The position numbers and the translations under genes were made by a program. The notes below the pieces were generated by a model that was not told the origin of the DNA, made no database searches, and saw nothing but the letters and a program-made list of their open reading frames with translations. From the NCBI GenBank assembly GCA_027450065.1, contig DAIDKK010000001.1:13438-77437 (forward strand): a DNA stretch of 64,000 nucleotides, given 5' to 3'. Positions 51,617 to 61,240 of the stretch are shown here, in pieces (position 1 is the first letter of the stretch; each line of letters starts with the position of its first letter). The DNA is from Candidatus Saccharimonadota bacterium. GTDB taxonomy: Bacteria; Patescibacteriota; Saccharimonadia; Saccharimonadales; UBA4665.

Positions 51617-51671
51617 ACCTATGAGACAAGCCCATTTGCTTGGGTCTGGCTCATAGGTAAAAAGAGTGCAT

Positions 51672-51691
51672 ATTGACTAGTTATTGGTGTG
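51672..51691 (+). other. 3' arm of the 23S processing stem
   Basis: Complement of 48174-48193. Confidence 0.7.
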
Positions 51692-51859
51692 GTAACACAC
51701 TAGTTTGTTTAAAACTTTATCGTCTAACTTGTAGGACATCGAGTATCGCAGCACTTTCTTTCCTGAGTGAGGGAAAAGCGCAGCCGGAGTCGGCGAATTT
51801 ATTTCGCGACACCGCGCGATGGGAAAAACCGTAGGGTTTGTCCCATTAAGCGAAGCGTT

Positions 51860-51973
51860 CTCGGTGCCCATAGCGAGAGGGAAACACCTGTTCCCATACC
51901 GAACACAGCAGTTAAGCCTCTCAGCGGTTACAATACTTGGGTCTTCTAGCCCTGGGAAAATAGCACGGTGCCG
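51860..51973 (+). rRNA. rrf: 5S rRNA
   Basis: Aligns with Gram-positive 5S (catagcgagagggaaacacctgttcccataccgaacacagcagttaagcctctcagcg...). Helix I is CGGUGCC/GGUGCCG with two G-U pairs. Confidence 0.9.
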
Positions 51974-51980
51974 TTTTATA

Positions 51981-52008
51981 AAAAAGACTTCCGAAAGGGA
52001 GTCTTTTT
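51981..52008 (+). terminator. Intrinsic terminator of the 23S-5S unit (GAAA tetraloop hairpin)
   Basis: aaaaagacttcc-gaaa-gggagtcttttt. Confidence 0.75.
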
Positions 52009-52273
52009 TAGTGCACCGTGCTATTTTCCCAGGAAAATGATTGATTAAAATAGCACACGCCTCTTTTCCGTTGAACAAAAGGGCCCTGGTGCCGTCATAT
52101 GATAAAACGATGTAGATACAATAAAATTAAAAAACTATAGTTGACATAAGCAAAAAGCTATGATACCATAAGCACAGTTCGAAAGGATAAGAGGGTTTAC
52201 GAGCCATAGTTTGGCATATCGTAGGCCTTTTTCTTTTGAAGCCCAATATTATTAAACACTGGGAGGTGTTAAA

Positions 52274-52477
52274 ATGGCAGGAACTAAAGCAGGTGGCATG
52301 GCCGCAGCAGCTACTAACAAGAAAAAGTATGGTAGTGATTTTTATGCAAAGATTGGCGCCAAGGGCGGCAAGCTCGGTAAAACTGGTGGCTTTGCAGCAG
52401 GTGATGAAGGACGCGAACGCGCACGCGTGTATGGCGCAATCGGTGGTCGTATTTCACGACGTACCAAAAAAGCCTAA
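52274..52477 (+). CDS. KGG-repeat general stress protein (YciG/GsiB-like)
   Basis: 67 aa, GGMAAAATNKKKYGSDFYAKIGAKGGK...GGFAA, with a GGGAGG RBS. The overlapping ORF 52236-52562 was rejected. Confidence 0.7.
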   Translation: MAGTKAGGMAAAATNKKKYGSDFYAKIGAKGGKLGKTGGFAAGDEGRERARVYGAIGGRISRRTKKA

Positions 52478-52506
52478 GCTATCGGCGTATAAAAAAGAGC
52501 CTCTTC

Positions 52507-53028
52507 TTACAGGCTCTTTTTTTGTGTCTTTCGGTAAGGCCGGCATAAACGCGACTGCGTGACTTGCCAGCCCGTGCCACAGTTAGAGCATCTATAGGAG
52601 CTCCTAGTGGTCTGTAGGCAATGCTCGTGACAGGTTGGGCAAGTCGATCGTACATGCAACCAATCACGGTAACTATCGAGAGAATCTTGAATGTACTCTT
52701 CATTAATACGTAGTCGATAGTTATTCGAGAGCTCACGAGCCTTATCCCAGGCGGCAATCTCAATACGCAAAAGCTCCATGTCACTTGTGTAATCAGTGTG
52801 TCCCAATAATGCATGGCCGAGCTCGTGCAAGAGGGCCCACTCGCCACGAGTATTGTGGAGCGCTGTTTCTGAGTAGGAAATGAGTTGCTTGCCGGCATGC
52901 CAAGAGAACCGATTCGAGGCTACGAATCGTAGCCGGGGGTAGTCTTCCTCTAGTCGCCGAAGAAGTGTAGCGGCTTTATGTATAACGTTGTCTGGCATAA
53001 TCATAGCATCCATATATAACTGCTTCAT
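52507..53028 (-). CDS. HEXXH zinc metalloprotease (ImmA/IrrE, DUF955-like) with a C-terminal zinc ribbon
   Basis: LLHELGHALLGH, then CPTCHEHC...CSNCG. The start is uncertain, and it overlaps the 3' end of the glucokinase gene. Confidence 0.55.
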   Translation of the reverse strand: MKQLYMDAMIMPDNVIHKAATLLRRLEEDYPRLRFVASNRFSWHAGKQLISYSETALHNTRGEWALLHELGHALLGHTDYTSDMELLRIEIAAWDKARELSNNYRLRINEEYIQDSLDSYRDWLHVRSTCPTCHEHCLQTTRSSYRCSNCGTGWQVTQSRLCRPYRKTQKKSL

Positions 53029-53788
53029 CGGGGCGCATTGCGGGTAAGATTGGTGGAATCTGTAACATGGGAGTCTCGTACTGCTTCATATCCTTAAGCA
53101 GTAGGTCATGAAACCTATCGAGGTAATGTCCAGCACCGCCACCAATAACAATGGCTTCTGGTTCCAAAATAGCAATAAGCTCAATGAGACCGGGCGTAAA
53201 AGTTCGAACAATTTCCGCCCAGATGGCTTTATCTTCGATTTCTGAGGCCATTTTGCCATACTTCTTGACAATGGCACTGCCGGACCCGAACGTTTCCCAG
53301 GGTACTAGCTTGCCATGGTGTTCCAGTAGGATTGTTCTGCCACCACCATCGCCGATTGTTTCGTCAATCTTGCCATCGACCGTAAGGCCGATACCTATGC
53401 CGGTGCTGATGGTCACATAAAGAACTCTTTTATATTGTTTTTTTAATAACATGTATTCACTAAGGCCTGCAAGCTTTGCGTCGTTTTCTATGCGCATTGG
53501 GCACTGGGTAATGCGCTCGATATCCCTGAGAAGATGCAATTTTTTCCAGTTCGGACGGTTGCCTAATTGCTCAACGATGCCTTGCGTGCGGTCAATTGAG
53601 CCAGGTGCTCCAATGGCGCCCGCGCGAAAGTCATGTGTAGTAAATGAGTCTACGGCATGGGTAAGCTCTTCCAAGAAATCCTCGTATGTTTCTGGGGTTG
53701 GGAATTTAATGGACTCCTGAATAACCCCCTCGTCCGTCAACGTGGCAATCAGGGTTTTTGTTCCTCCAATGTCGATAGCTATGTACAT
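52976..53788 (-). CDS. ROK family sugar kinase (glucokinase-like)
   Basis: MYIAIDIGGTKT N-terminus and an actin-fold ATPase pattern, 270 aa. Confidence 0.75.
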   Translation of the reverse strand: MYIAIDIGGTKTLIATLTDEGVIQESIKFPTPETYEDFLEELTHAVDSFTTHDFRAGAIGAPGSIDRTQGIVEQLGNRPNWKKLHLLRDIERITQCPMRIENDAKLAGLSEYMLLKKQYKRVLYVTISTGIGIGLTVDGKIDETIGDGGGRTILLEHHGKLVPWETFGSGSAIVKKYGKMASEIEDKAIWAEIVRTFTPGLIELIAILEPEAIVIGGGAGHYLDRFHDLLLKDMKQYETPMLQIPPILPAMRPDEAVIYGCYDYARQRYT

Positions 53789-54030
53789 ACTACGGCTCTT
53801 ACTGTGCTTCCTTTATGCATGTAGTGTACCACCTAGGTTTGATGAATGAAAAGGACGGCAGAACAAAGCAGTTGAACACAAAAGTTATAAAAATACCCAT
53901 GGGTTGCCCATAAGATGTAAAACAGGTATAATACATACTAATCTTTTGGATGAGCCAACTGGATCAAGCGCATCGCTGATTTTGATGGTTTGCCCGCGAG
54001 AAATACACTATACAAGGAGGCACGTAAGAA

Positions 54031-55098
54031 ATGCCAAAGAACGTAAACGTAACAATGGACGATTTGCTCGCTGGCTCTGAGCTTAAGCAGCTCGAAGCGG
54101 GTGACGTCATAGAAGGAACAATCAGCTCGGTTCGAAAGCACCAAGTCTGGATTGATTTAGGCCCAAGAGGGGTGGGGGTGGTCATGCGCCGAGAGGTCGG
54201 GCACGGTCAGTCACTCGAGGAAGGTCATCCCGTCACGGTGAGTGTTATCGATCCGGAGATGGATGAGGGCTATGCATTGCTGAGCATGCGCCGAGCTGCC
54301 AAAGACCGCGGCTGGGATGAACTGCAGCGTGTGTTTGAAGCCAGTGAAATTATTGAGATTGTTGCCTATGACGCCAATCGCGGTGGACTGTTGGTGGAGC
54401 TCGAAGGCATTCGTGGCTTCTTACCAGTGTCACAGCTGGCTGCGGGACATTACCCACGGGTTAGTGGAGCCGATAAGGATGAGATTTTACAGAAGCTTAA
54501 TGCACTTACTAATAAGCCTATTCGAGTCCGTATACTCGATGTGAGCCGCAAAGATAACAAACTTATCTTTTCTGAAAAAGAGGCCGTCAAGGACGATATG
54601 CAAGCTCGTTTTTCCGAACTGAAGGTTGGTGATGAGGTTGAGGGAATTGTAACGGGTGTAATTGATTTTGGTGCATTCGTGAATGTTGATGGCATCGAAG
54701 GCCTGATTCACATCTCAGAGATTAGCTGGGAACGTGTTGAGAACCCACGGGATTATGTGAAGGTCGGCGAAACGGTCAAGACAAAGATAATTGCTATTGA
54801 TAAAGATCGACTCTCGCTCAGTCTCAAGCAGATGACCGAAGACCCATGGCTGAAGGAAGTAAAAGCCTTCAAAAAGGGTGAAAAAGTCGAGGGCAAAGTA
54901 ACTCGCATTACACCATTTGGTGCATTTGTGCAGCTAAGCCCAAGCGTAGAGGCACTTGTCCATGTTAGTGAAATGGGCGATGACGAAAGCATTGATCCGG
55001 AGAAAATCTTCCAGCTCAATGAAAAGAAGTCATTTAAGGTCCTTGATATCGATACGGATGCCCGCAAGATATCATTGAGCCTTAAAGGTACAAAGTAA
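54031..55098 (+). CDS. rpsA: 30S ribosomal protein S1 (four S1 domains)
   Basis: Repeated S1 OB-fold motifs (G.V..V...G..V.L..GV.G..H.SE), 355 aa, AAGGAGG RBS. Confidence 0.85.
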   Translation: MPKNVNVTMDDLLAGSELKQLEAGDVIEGTISSVRKHQVWIDLGPRGVGVVMRREVGHGQSLEEGHPVTVSVIDPEMDEGYALLSMRRAAKDRGWDELQRVFEASEIIEIVAYDANRGGLLVELEGIRGFLPVSQLAAGHYPRVSGADKDEILQKLNALTNKPIRVRILDVSRKDNKLIFSEKEAVKDDMQARFSELKVGDEVEGIVTGVIDFGAFVNVDGIEGLIHISEISWERVENPRDYVKVGETVKTKIIAIDKDRLSLSLKQMTEDPWLKEVKAFKKGEKVEGKVTRITPFGAFVQLSPSVEALVHVSEMGDDESIDPEKIFQLNEKKSFKVLDIDTDARKISLSLKGTK

Positions 55099-55179
55099 CT
55101 TAAGGCGTGAGCCCCGTGGAGCTTATCTCCGCAGGGCTTACGGTATGGGCATTCAACGTAATAAGAAGGGAGCACACAT

Positions 55180-56943
55180 ATGGTAGCATCGATAGAAGTT
55201 GCAGATACTATTACTGTCGGTGAGCTTGCAGAAGTGCTCCAATTACCTGCAACCAGACTCATTGGTGAATTATTTAAAAATGGAATCGTCGCCACGATTA
55301 ATGAGCGACTTGATTTTGATACAGCTCAAATAATTGTCAGCGAACTAGGGCTCGACGTGGAACTCCACAAGAAGAGTGTAGAAATCGAGCCCGTGAAGCG
55401 TGTAAAGACTGCGCCAAGCGCCAATGCAACTGAGCGACCGCCAGTAGTTGCCGTAATGGGCCATGTTGATCACGGCAAAACGAGCCTACTCGATGCTATC
55501 CGCGGCGCCGAGGTCGCGAAGAGTGAAGCAGGCGGCATAACGCAGCATATCTCAGCCTATCAGGTAACCCATAAAGGTAGAGTTATTACGTTCCTTGACA
55601 CTCCTGGCCATGAAGCATTTGCTGCTATCAGAGAGCATGGGGCGCATCTGACGGATATTGTTGTTATCGTGGTGGCTGCAGATGATGGCGTGAAGCCACA
55701 AACAATTGAGGCTATACGATTCGCACGAAAAGCAGGCGTTCGTATTGTAGTGGCTATAAACAAAATAGATAAGGAGGGCGCAAATGAGGCCCTCGTGAAG
55801 CAGCAACTGGCAGAACAGAATCTCCTTATCGAAGAGTGGGGTGGTGATATTATGGTGGTCCCAGTTTCTGCCAAAACTGGCCAAGGTGTCGAATTACTTC
55901 TCGATATGCTACTTCTAGTGAGTGATGTAGAAGAATTACGTGCTGATGCGACAGCTCCAGCGCGCGGACTTATTATAGAAGCGCATCTTGAACACGGGCG
56001 CGGTCCAATTGCACATGCGCTTGTCGAGCAGGGTACCTTGAGACCGGGGCTGTTTGTTGTGGCGGGTCATACCTACGCAAAAATTCGAAATCTCGAATCA
56101 ACAACCAGTGAGCCACTTACCACTGCCGGACCATCGACGCCAGTCGTGATAAGTGGGTTTAAAACGCTACCTGAGTTCGGCGACCCATTTGTCATCGTGC
56201 ATAGCGAACGTGAAGCAAGAAGTATGGCGGAGGCAGCTGCGGAGCAGGCGGGTAAGACGCACCGCGCTGATATGAACAGTAGTGAACTGCTGCGTATTAT
56301 TAGTCGCTCAGACACCCTGCGGGAGCTTCCTGTTATTATTAAAGGTGACGTACAGGGTTCACTGGCATCAGTTATAGATAGCATTAAGAGCATCGACACC
56401 GAAGAAGTAGCGGTACGTGTCATAAGCTCGAGTGTTGGCATCGTCAATGAGAATGATGTGCACATGGCGAGTAGTTCTGAGCCGAAGGCTATAATTTATG
56501 GTTTTGGTACAACTGTGCCGAATAACATCAAACAGCTCGCCAGCCGTGATAGCGTATCAATCCGCTTATTTACCGTCATTTACGAACTAATAGATGATGT
56601 TCGTGAAGAACTCTCGAAGCTACTTGCTCCAGAGGTAATCAAGAAAGAACTCGGCGTACTAGAAATTAAGGGTGTGTTCAAGACAACTAAGACTGAAATT
56701 ATTTGTGGTGGTGAAGTACTGAGCGGTAAGCTGACAGCACCTGCGCAAGTAGAGATCACGAGAGGCAAGAATGTCATTGGCGAGGCTAAGCTTACCGGGT
56801 TGAAGCGTGGGCCCAATGATGCAAAAGACCTTGCCGAAGGTGAACTGGGGGGCATTAATTTGCAGACTAGTTCTCGACTTGATCTAGAGATCGGCGATAC
56901 GTTGACAGTATTTACCCTAGAAACAAAGGAGCGCACTCTTTAA
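55180..56943 (+). CDS. infB: Translation initiation factor IF-2 (short form)
   Basis: G-domain VMGHVDHGKTSLLD, DTPGHEAF, NKID. Domains II-C2 follow. 587 aa. Confidence 0.95.
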   Translation: MVASIEVADTITVGELAEVLQLPATRLIGELFKNGIVATINERLDFDTAQIIVSELGLDVELHKKSVEIEPVKRVKTAPSANATERPPVVAVMGHVDHGKTSLLDAIRGAEVAKSEAGGITQHISAYQVTHKGRVITFLDTPGHEAFAAIREHGAHLTDIVVIVVAADDGVKPQTIEAIRFARKAGVRIVVAINKIDKEGANEALVKQQLAEQNLLIEEWGGDIMVVPVSAKTGQGVELLLDMLLLVSDVEELRADATAPARGLIIEAHLEHGRGPIAHALVEQGTLRPGLFVVAGHTYAKIRNLESTTSEPLTTAGPSTPVVISGFKTLPEFGDPFVIVHSEREARSMAEAAAEQAGKTHRADMNSSELLRIISRSDTLRELPVIIKGDVQGSLASVIDSIKSIDTEEVAVRVISSSVGIVNENDVHMASSSEPKAIIYGFGTTVPNNIKQLASRDSVSIRLFTVIYELIDDVREELSKLLAPEVIKKELGVLEIKGVFKTTKTEIICGGEVLSGKLTAPAQVEITRGKNVIGEAKLTGLKRGPNDAKDLAEGELGGINLQTSSRLDLEIGDTLTVFTLETKERTL

Positions 56944-56951
56944 AAGGAAGG

Positions 56952-57335
56952 GTGTACAATAAAAGTATGTTAAAGCTCGATAACAGTTTACTAGAAGAAC
57001 TCGGACTCGGAAGCTTGCCAGATGACCAAAAGAAGGCAATGCTCCAACATATTTATGAAACGCTAGAGTTACGCGTGGGCACGCAGTTAGCCAATCAGAT
57101 GACGGATAGGCAACTCGAAGAATTTGAGCAATTCATTGATGCCGGAGGCGATAATAACCAAGACCAAGCTCTACATTGGCTCGAGACTAATTTGCCAAAT
57201 TATAAGCAGGTCGTAAATGATGTATTTGAAGCTCTCAAAGCTGAAATTAAGCAAACAGCTCCACAGATTGTAGCTGCTAGCGTACAGCAGGCCCCATCGG
57301 TTCAAGGGGGTGCTCAAGGTACCCTGTCGCAGTAA
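56952..57335 (+). CDS. Hypothetical protein
   Basis: 127-aa ORF with coding-like composition. The start is uncertain (GTG 56952 or ATG 56967). Confidence 0.45.
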   Translation: MYNKSMLKLDNSLLEELGLGSLPDDQKKAMLQHIYETLELRVGTQLANQMTDRQLEEFEQFIDAGGDNNQDQALHWLETNLPNYKQVVNDVFEALKAEIKQTAPQIVAASVQQAPSVQGGAQGTLSQ

Positions 57336-57366
57336 TAGATTGAGAGAAGTGAGTTACGCCAAACCT

Positions 57367-57393
57367 AAAATAGCCCTCTAAAGGGCTATTTTT
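57367..57393. terminator. Bidirectional hairpin terminator
   Basis: aaaatagccct-cta-aagggctatttt. Confidence 0.7.
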
Positions 57394-57403
57394 CATATAC
57401 AAA

Positions 57404-57480
57404 TGGTGGAGTATGGCGGAGTCGAACCGCCGACCTCGGCAATGCGAATGCCGCGCTCTAGCCAACTGAGCTAATACCCC
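57404..57480 (-). tRNA. tRNA-Ala (CGC)
   Basis: Reverse complement: ggggtat/atactcc with G3-U70, anticodon stem cggca/tgccg with loop ttCGCat, encoded CCA. Confidence 0.9.
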
Positions 57481-57524
57481 ACGGTGCTAGACTAGCTACA
57501 TCTTACGGATTCCGACATCTATCT

Positions 57525-58499
57525 TCAAGTACTCTTTGGAGTGGTGGTAATTCGTTCTAGGCTTTGGCCGTAGCCAGCTATGAACGCAGAGGCACTCATT
57601 TCGGATTTACCAGAAGGTTTCAACGTATCAATCGCAAGGGCTCCAGTATGAGTCTGGATAAGGAGGTCTTTATTATAAACGTATGCTGTACCAGTGGCTG
57701 CATTCATGACATAGGACCCCGCGACATGAGCGGCTGTAACAATGACGTCTTTAGTGGCAATGGTGGTATGACTTTTTGGCCACTCAAGATAAGCTCGTAT
57801 CTCTCGCTCAAGCATTGTGGCGGGCTTTTGAAAATCAAGCGTGCCATCTTCTTTGGTGAGTTTGCGAGAGTAGGTTGGCTCTGAAGCCGCTCGCGTTGCA
57901 GCTTCTTGCGGAACGGGTCGTAGGGTGCCGCTCAAATATTGGGGGAGTATGTTGCACAGTAATGTATAGCTTACTTTAATCAAATTCTGGGTTAATGTCG
58001 GGGTGGTTTCCCGGGGAACTATCTCGTACGGAGCTTGTGCAAGTAGAGGGCCTTCATCCATCGCCTTCACGAGCAGCATAAGGCTTACGCCAGTCTGCTG
58101 CTGGCCGCTTAAAATAGCAAAGGTTATAGGATCGGCTCCCCGCCATTCGGGCAGGAGGCTAAAGTGACTGTTCACAATTCCGAGCGGAAAACTATCAATG
58201 ACATCCTGCCCTACGATAATGCCAAAATCAATAAGCACCGCAACGCGACTCTTGAAACCGGCTGTCGCTATTTTGGTCGATAGCTCTGTTCTGTCTGTGG
58301 TAGTAATGATACGTAATCCAAGTGATTCAGCCGCGGTAATGACCGGTACGGCCCCTCGGTGCTGCGGTGGTCTTGGTTTTGTGATAACCGCTTCAATAGA
58401 GAAGGAGTTTGCGAGTAATTGCAGTGAAGCTGCCGCTACCGGCCCGCTCCCCAAAAAGACAATTGGCTCAGTAACTATTTTAGCCCCAGAGTTCGGCAT
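57525..58499 (-). CDS. fmt: Methionyl-tRNA formyltransferase
   Basis: Formyl-transferase N-domain (SLLPEWRGADPI) and C-domain. Lies downstream of def. Confidence 0.85.
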   Translation of the reverse strand: MPNSGAKIVTEPIVFLGSGPVAAASLQLLANSFSIEAVITKPRPPQHRGAVPVITAAESLGLRIITTTDRTELSTKIATAGFKSRVAVLIDFGIIVGQDVIDSFPLGIVNSHFSLLPEWRGADPITFAILSGQQQTGVSLMLLVKAMDEGPLLAQAPYEIVPRETTPTLTQNLIKVSYTLLCNILPQYLSGTLRPVPQEAATRAASEPTYSRKLTKEDGTLDFQKPATMLEREIRAYLEWPKSHTTIATKDVIVTAAHVAGSYVMNAATGTAYVYNKDLLIQTHTGALAIDTLKPSGKSEMSASAFIAGYGQSLERITTTPKST

Positions 58500-59052
58500 T
58501 ATTCTTAATCTCCGCCGCGTAGTCGAGCGGTTCTAACTTACCTTCACTATCCAAAATGTAAAACGCATCGGACTCCTCTTTGATGTGATCGATGAAGACG
58601 ATGCCATTCGTATGATCAATCTCGTGCTGGAACACCCGTGCTAAAAACCCATTTGCCGTCACGCGTACTTCTTTACCGTGTTCATTGAGGGCCTTCACGC
58701 GAACCTTACTATATCGTGGTACCAGACCATATACATTCTTGACGCTTAAGCAACCTTCGTAGTCTAGCAACACCTCACCTTCATATTTTGTTATCTCTGG
58801 GTTGATGAATACCCGGAAGGTCTTATCGGCTTTGTCATCAAAGTCATTGCGTATCACTACGACTCTATGCAAGGCATCGATTTGTACAGCTGCCAGTGCC
58901 ACACCAACTTCATGTTCACGACTCTGCTCCCACGAAAGCGTTGCCTCTTCCATGTCGGCTATGAGCTGCTGTATGTCATCTCCAATATAGCCAACGCGTT
59001 TCGACCGTTGGCGCAGGTGCGGATTAGGTAGGGTTATAAGTTTTCTGCTCAT
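58480..59052 (-). CDS. def: Peptide deformylase
   Basis: GVALAAVQI, EGCLS and HEIDH motifs. Confidence 0.9.
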   Translation of the reverse strand: MSRKLITLPNPHLRQRSKRVGYIGDDIQQLIADMEEATLSWEQSREHEVGVALAAVQIDALHRVVVIRNDFDDKADKTFRVFINPEITKYEGEVLLDYEGCLSVKNVYGLVPRYSKVRVKALNEHGKEVRVTANGFLARVFQHEIDHTNGIVFIDHIKEESDAFYILDSEGKLEPLDYAAEIKNNAELWG

Positions 59053-59127
59053 TATGGGTAGTATAACAGATAGTCACCCTTCTTTTAACGGATACATACT
59101 GCCGCCGGTGAATGATTCTGCTCTACA

Positions 59128-61068
59128 CTACAACAACGTCGTTGGGTCTATATCATGCGACCAGCCGGAGGGAAGCGTTTGAATAATGTCGACTAGCTGG
59201 CTCCGTGAAGCACTTTTTATAATCAGTTGCCATCTAAATTTACCGTGCTCTCGTGTATGAAAACTTGGCGATGGACCTTCGATAAGAATCGTGGGATGAG
59301 ATTTCTGCAACTTTTGCTGCAATGCAGAGGCGGTTTTCTCGGCAGCTTGAGTAGTTGCCCGGGCGCAGGTGAGTTTTAGGAGAAACGTGAAAGGGGGGAA
59401 GCGAAAGGTTTTTCGCTCGTGAATTTCTTGATCATAGAAACTAGACCAATCTTGAGTCGTGGCTGCGCGAATAATTGGCTGATCTGGATTATATGTTTGA
59501 ATAATGACCGATCCAGATCGGTGCCCACGACCAGTTCGTCCGACAACCTGCGTCAAGAGCTGGTAGGTTCGCTCACTCGCAGAATAATCAGGTATTGCCA
59601 GGCTGCTATCGGCATTTAAGACGCCAACGACTGAGAGCTTGGGAAGATCAAGACCCTTTGTAACCATTTGGGTGCCGACAATAACATCGATAGTACCCTT
59701 CTGAAGTTGTGCCAATTGTTCTTCAATCTGGTCTGACTTTTCGATGTCACTGTCGAATCGATGGATTCTTGCCCCCGGGAATAACCGTTGTGCTTCCTCT
59801 ACTACCGCCTTTGTCCCAATTGTTTTGAGCAATATATCGGTGTTGTTACACTCGGGGCAAGAAGTTGGTAGCGGCCACGTTCGGCCGCATACGTGGCACC
59901 GAGTCAGATGAGTATCACTGTGGTAGGTGAGGGGTAAATCGCAGTGCGTGCAGAGAGCCTGCCAACCGCATGCGTTACATAGTATGGCACCTGCCGTTCC
60001 GCGTCGGTTCAAAAATAAAAGTGCTTGCTCTCTGTTTGCGAGTGCTTCCTGCATAGCGCTGATGAGACGGTCGCTCACGATAGTGCTCTTCGCAAAATTG
60101 CTTCGCTCGCGCAGGTCAACAATATGGGTCGTGACTTCATGTGTGGTAGTGTGATTCTGTGTCGCCAACTGTTGGAGCGTGAGAATTGGTCGATTTTTGG
60201 CCGACGCCATATAGTATTCCTCAACATTCGGCGTAGCCGACCCACTCACCATGCAGGCATCATGTAGCTCGGCAAGTTTCGCGGCAACTCGTTCGGTGCG
60301 GTAGTACGGAGCATTCTCGTTCTTGTATGCCTGATCATGAGCTTCATCTATAACAATGAGTCCCAAATTACGCAGTGGCGCAAACAACGCCGAGCGTGGC
60401 CCTATGACCACAACCGGCAATTCGCTGCGAAGGATTTCATACCAAATGTCCCTGCGTTCGGCAGCGGTCTGGCGTGAATGAAGTACGAATACTGGTGCCG
60501 ATAGGCTTTCTTCCAGACTTTTTACAAGTTGGGCGGTTAGACCAATCTCTGGAGTTAATATAATTGCTGAACGATTTTCTTTCAGTGTCCGTATCGCGAG
60601 CTCTATGTATATTCTTGTTTTGCCGCTTCCAGTAATTCCGTGCAAAAGATGATAGCCACTGCTTTGAATCTGTTGCAAAGCGCTCCGCTGCTCGCTAGTA
60701 AGTTCGGGCAGTGAGGCGCTACCTGCAGATGTGCTACTGCTGCTCCCCGTATTCATTTTTGGAAAAGCAGTACTGGGCGGTAGAAAAAGTCGAATAACTG
60801 AACCAAATGATGCAGGATAGTAGGCGTACAGCCAGTTTATGAGCTGTAGAGATTCGGCGGGTAGGGGAGGTGCTTGAGCAATAGCCGCAATAGGTTTCAC
60901 CGCAAACGCTGGTTCGGCAGCGATACGGGCGACAATACCCAGCACTGATCTATTGCGCAAGGCAATTCGTACAACACTACCGAGCTTAAGTGCCACCGAG
61001 GAAGCATACGTCAGGGTAGACTTACCATGGTAGCTCATGTCTCCCACCAAAACCTCGTAGTAGTTCAT
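59128..61068 (-). CDS. priA: Primosomal protein N' (PriA helicase)
   Basis: DEAH-type helicase (GITGSGKT, DEAHD) with the Cys-rich zinc insertion CNACGW..CTHCD..CHVCG..CPEC. Confidence 0.9.
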   Translation of the reverse strand: MNYYEVLVGDMSYHGKSTLTYASSVALKLGSVVRIALRNRSVLGIVARIAAEPAFAVKPIAAIAQAPPLPAESLQLINWLYAYYPASFGSVIRLFLPPSTAFPKMNTGSSSSTSAGSASLPELTSEQRSALQQIQSSGYHLLHGITGSGKTRIYIELAIRTLKENRSAIILTPEIGLTAQLVKSLEESLSAPVFVLHSRQTAAERRDIWYEILRSELPVVVIGPRSALFAPLRNLGLIVIDEAHDQAYKNENAPYYRTERVAAKLAELHDACMVSGSATPNVEEYYMASAKNRPILTLQQLATQNHTTTHEVTTHIVDLRERSNFAKSTIVSDRLISAMQEALANREQALLFLNRRGTAGAILCNACGWQALCTHCDLPLTYHSDTHLTRCHVCGRTWPLPTSCPECNNTDILLKTIGTKAVVEEAQRLFPGARIHRFDSDIEKSDQIEEQLAQLQKGTIDVIVGTQMVTKGLDLPKLSVVGVLNADSSLAIPDYSASERTYQLLTQVVGRTGRGHRSGSVIIQTYNPDQPIIRAATTQDWSSFYDQEIHERKTFRFPPFTFLLKLTCARATTQAAEKTASALQQKLQKSHPTILIEGPSPSFHTREHGKFRWQLIIKSASRSQLVDIIQTLPSGWSHDIDPTTLL

Positions 61069-61149
61069 CCTTCCAGTATAGATGACTCAGTACAGATTAC
61101 CGAAACAACTTGTCAAGTAGAGCATAACTTGTTGTTACAAAAAATGGTG

Positions 61150-61205
61150 TTGAAAAGAGGGCGCTAGATTGCTATAGTACGTACAGCACGTTGTCGTTAC
61201 GACAA
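61150..61205 (+). promoter_or_regulatory. Promoter TTGAAA-17-(TG)TATAGT followed by the palindrome TTGTCG-TTA-CGACAA
   Basis: The -35 is at 61150-61155, the -10 at 61173-61178 and the palindrome at 61191-61205. It is directly upstream of the wHTH gene. Confidence 0.5.
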
Positions 61206-61240
61206 TATACGTTATGTAAGAGGTAAACAGGTAGGTAATC

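Noticed and set aside
52236-52562. 108-aa ORF overlapping the KGG-protein gene.
   Set aside because: It is an alternative frame of the 52274-52477 gene. That gene has a GGGAGG RBS and a recognisable KGG-repeat sequence, and the longer ORF runs into the convergent gene.
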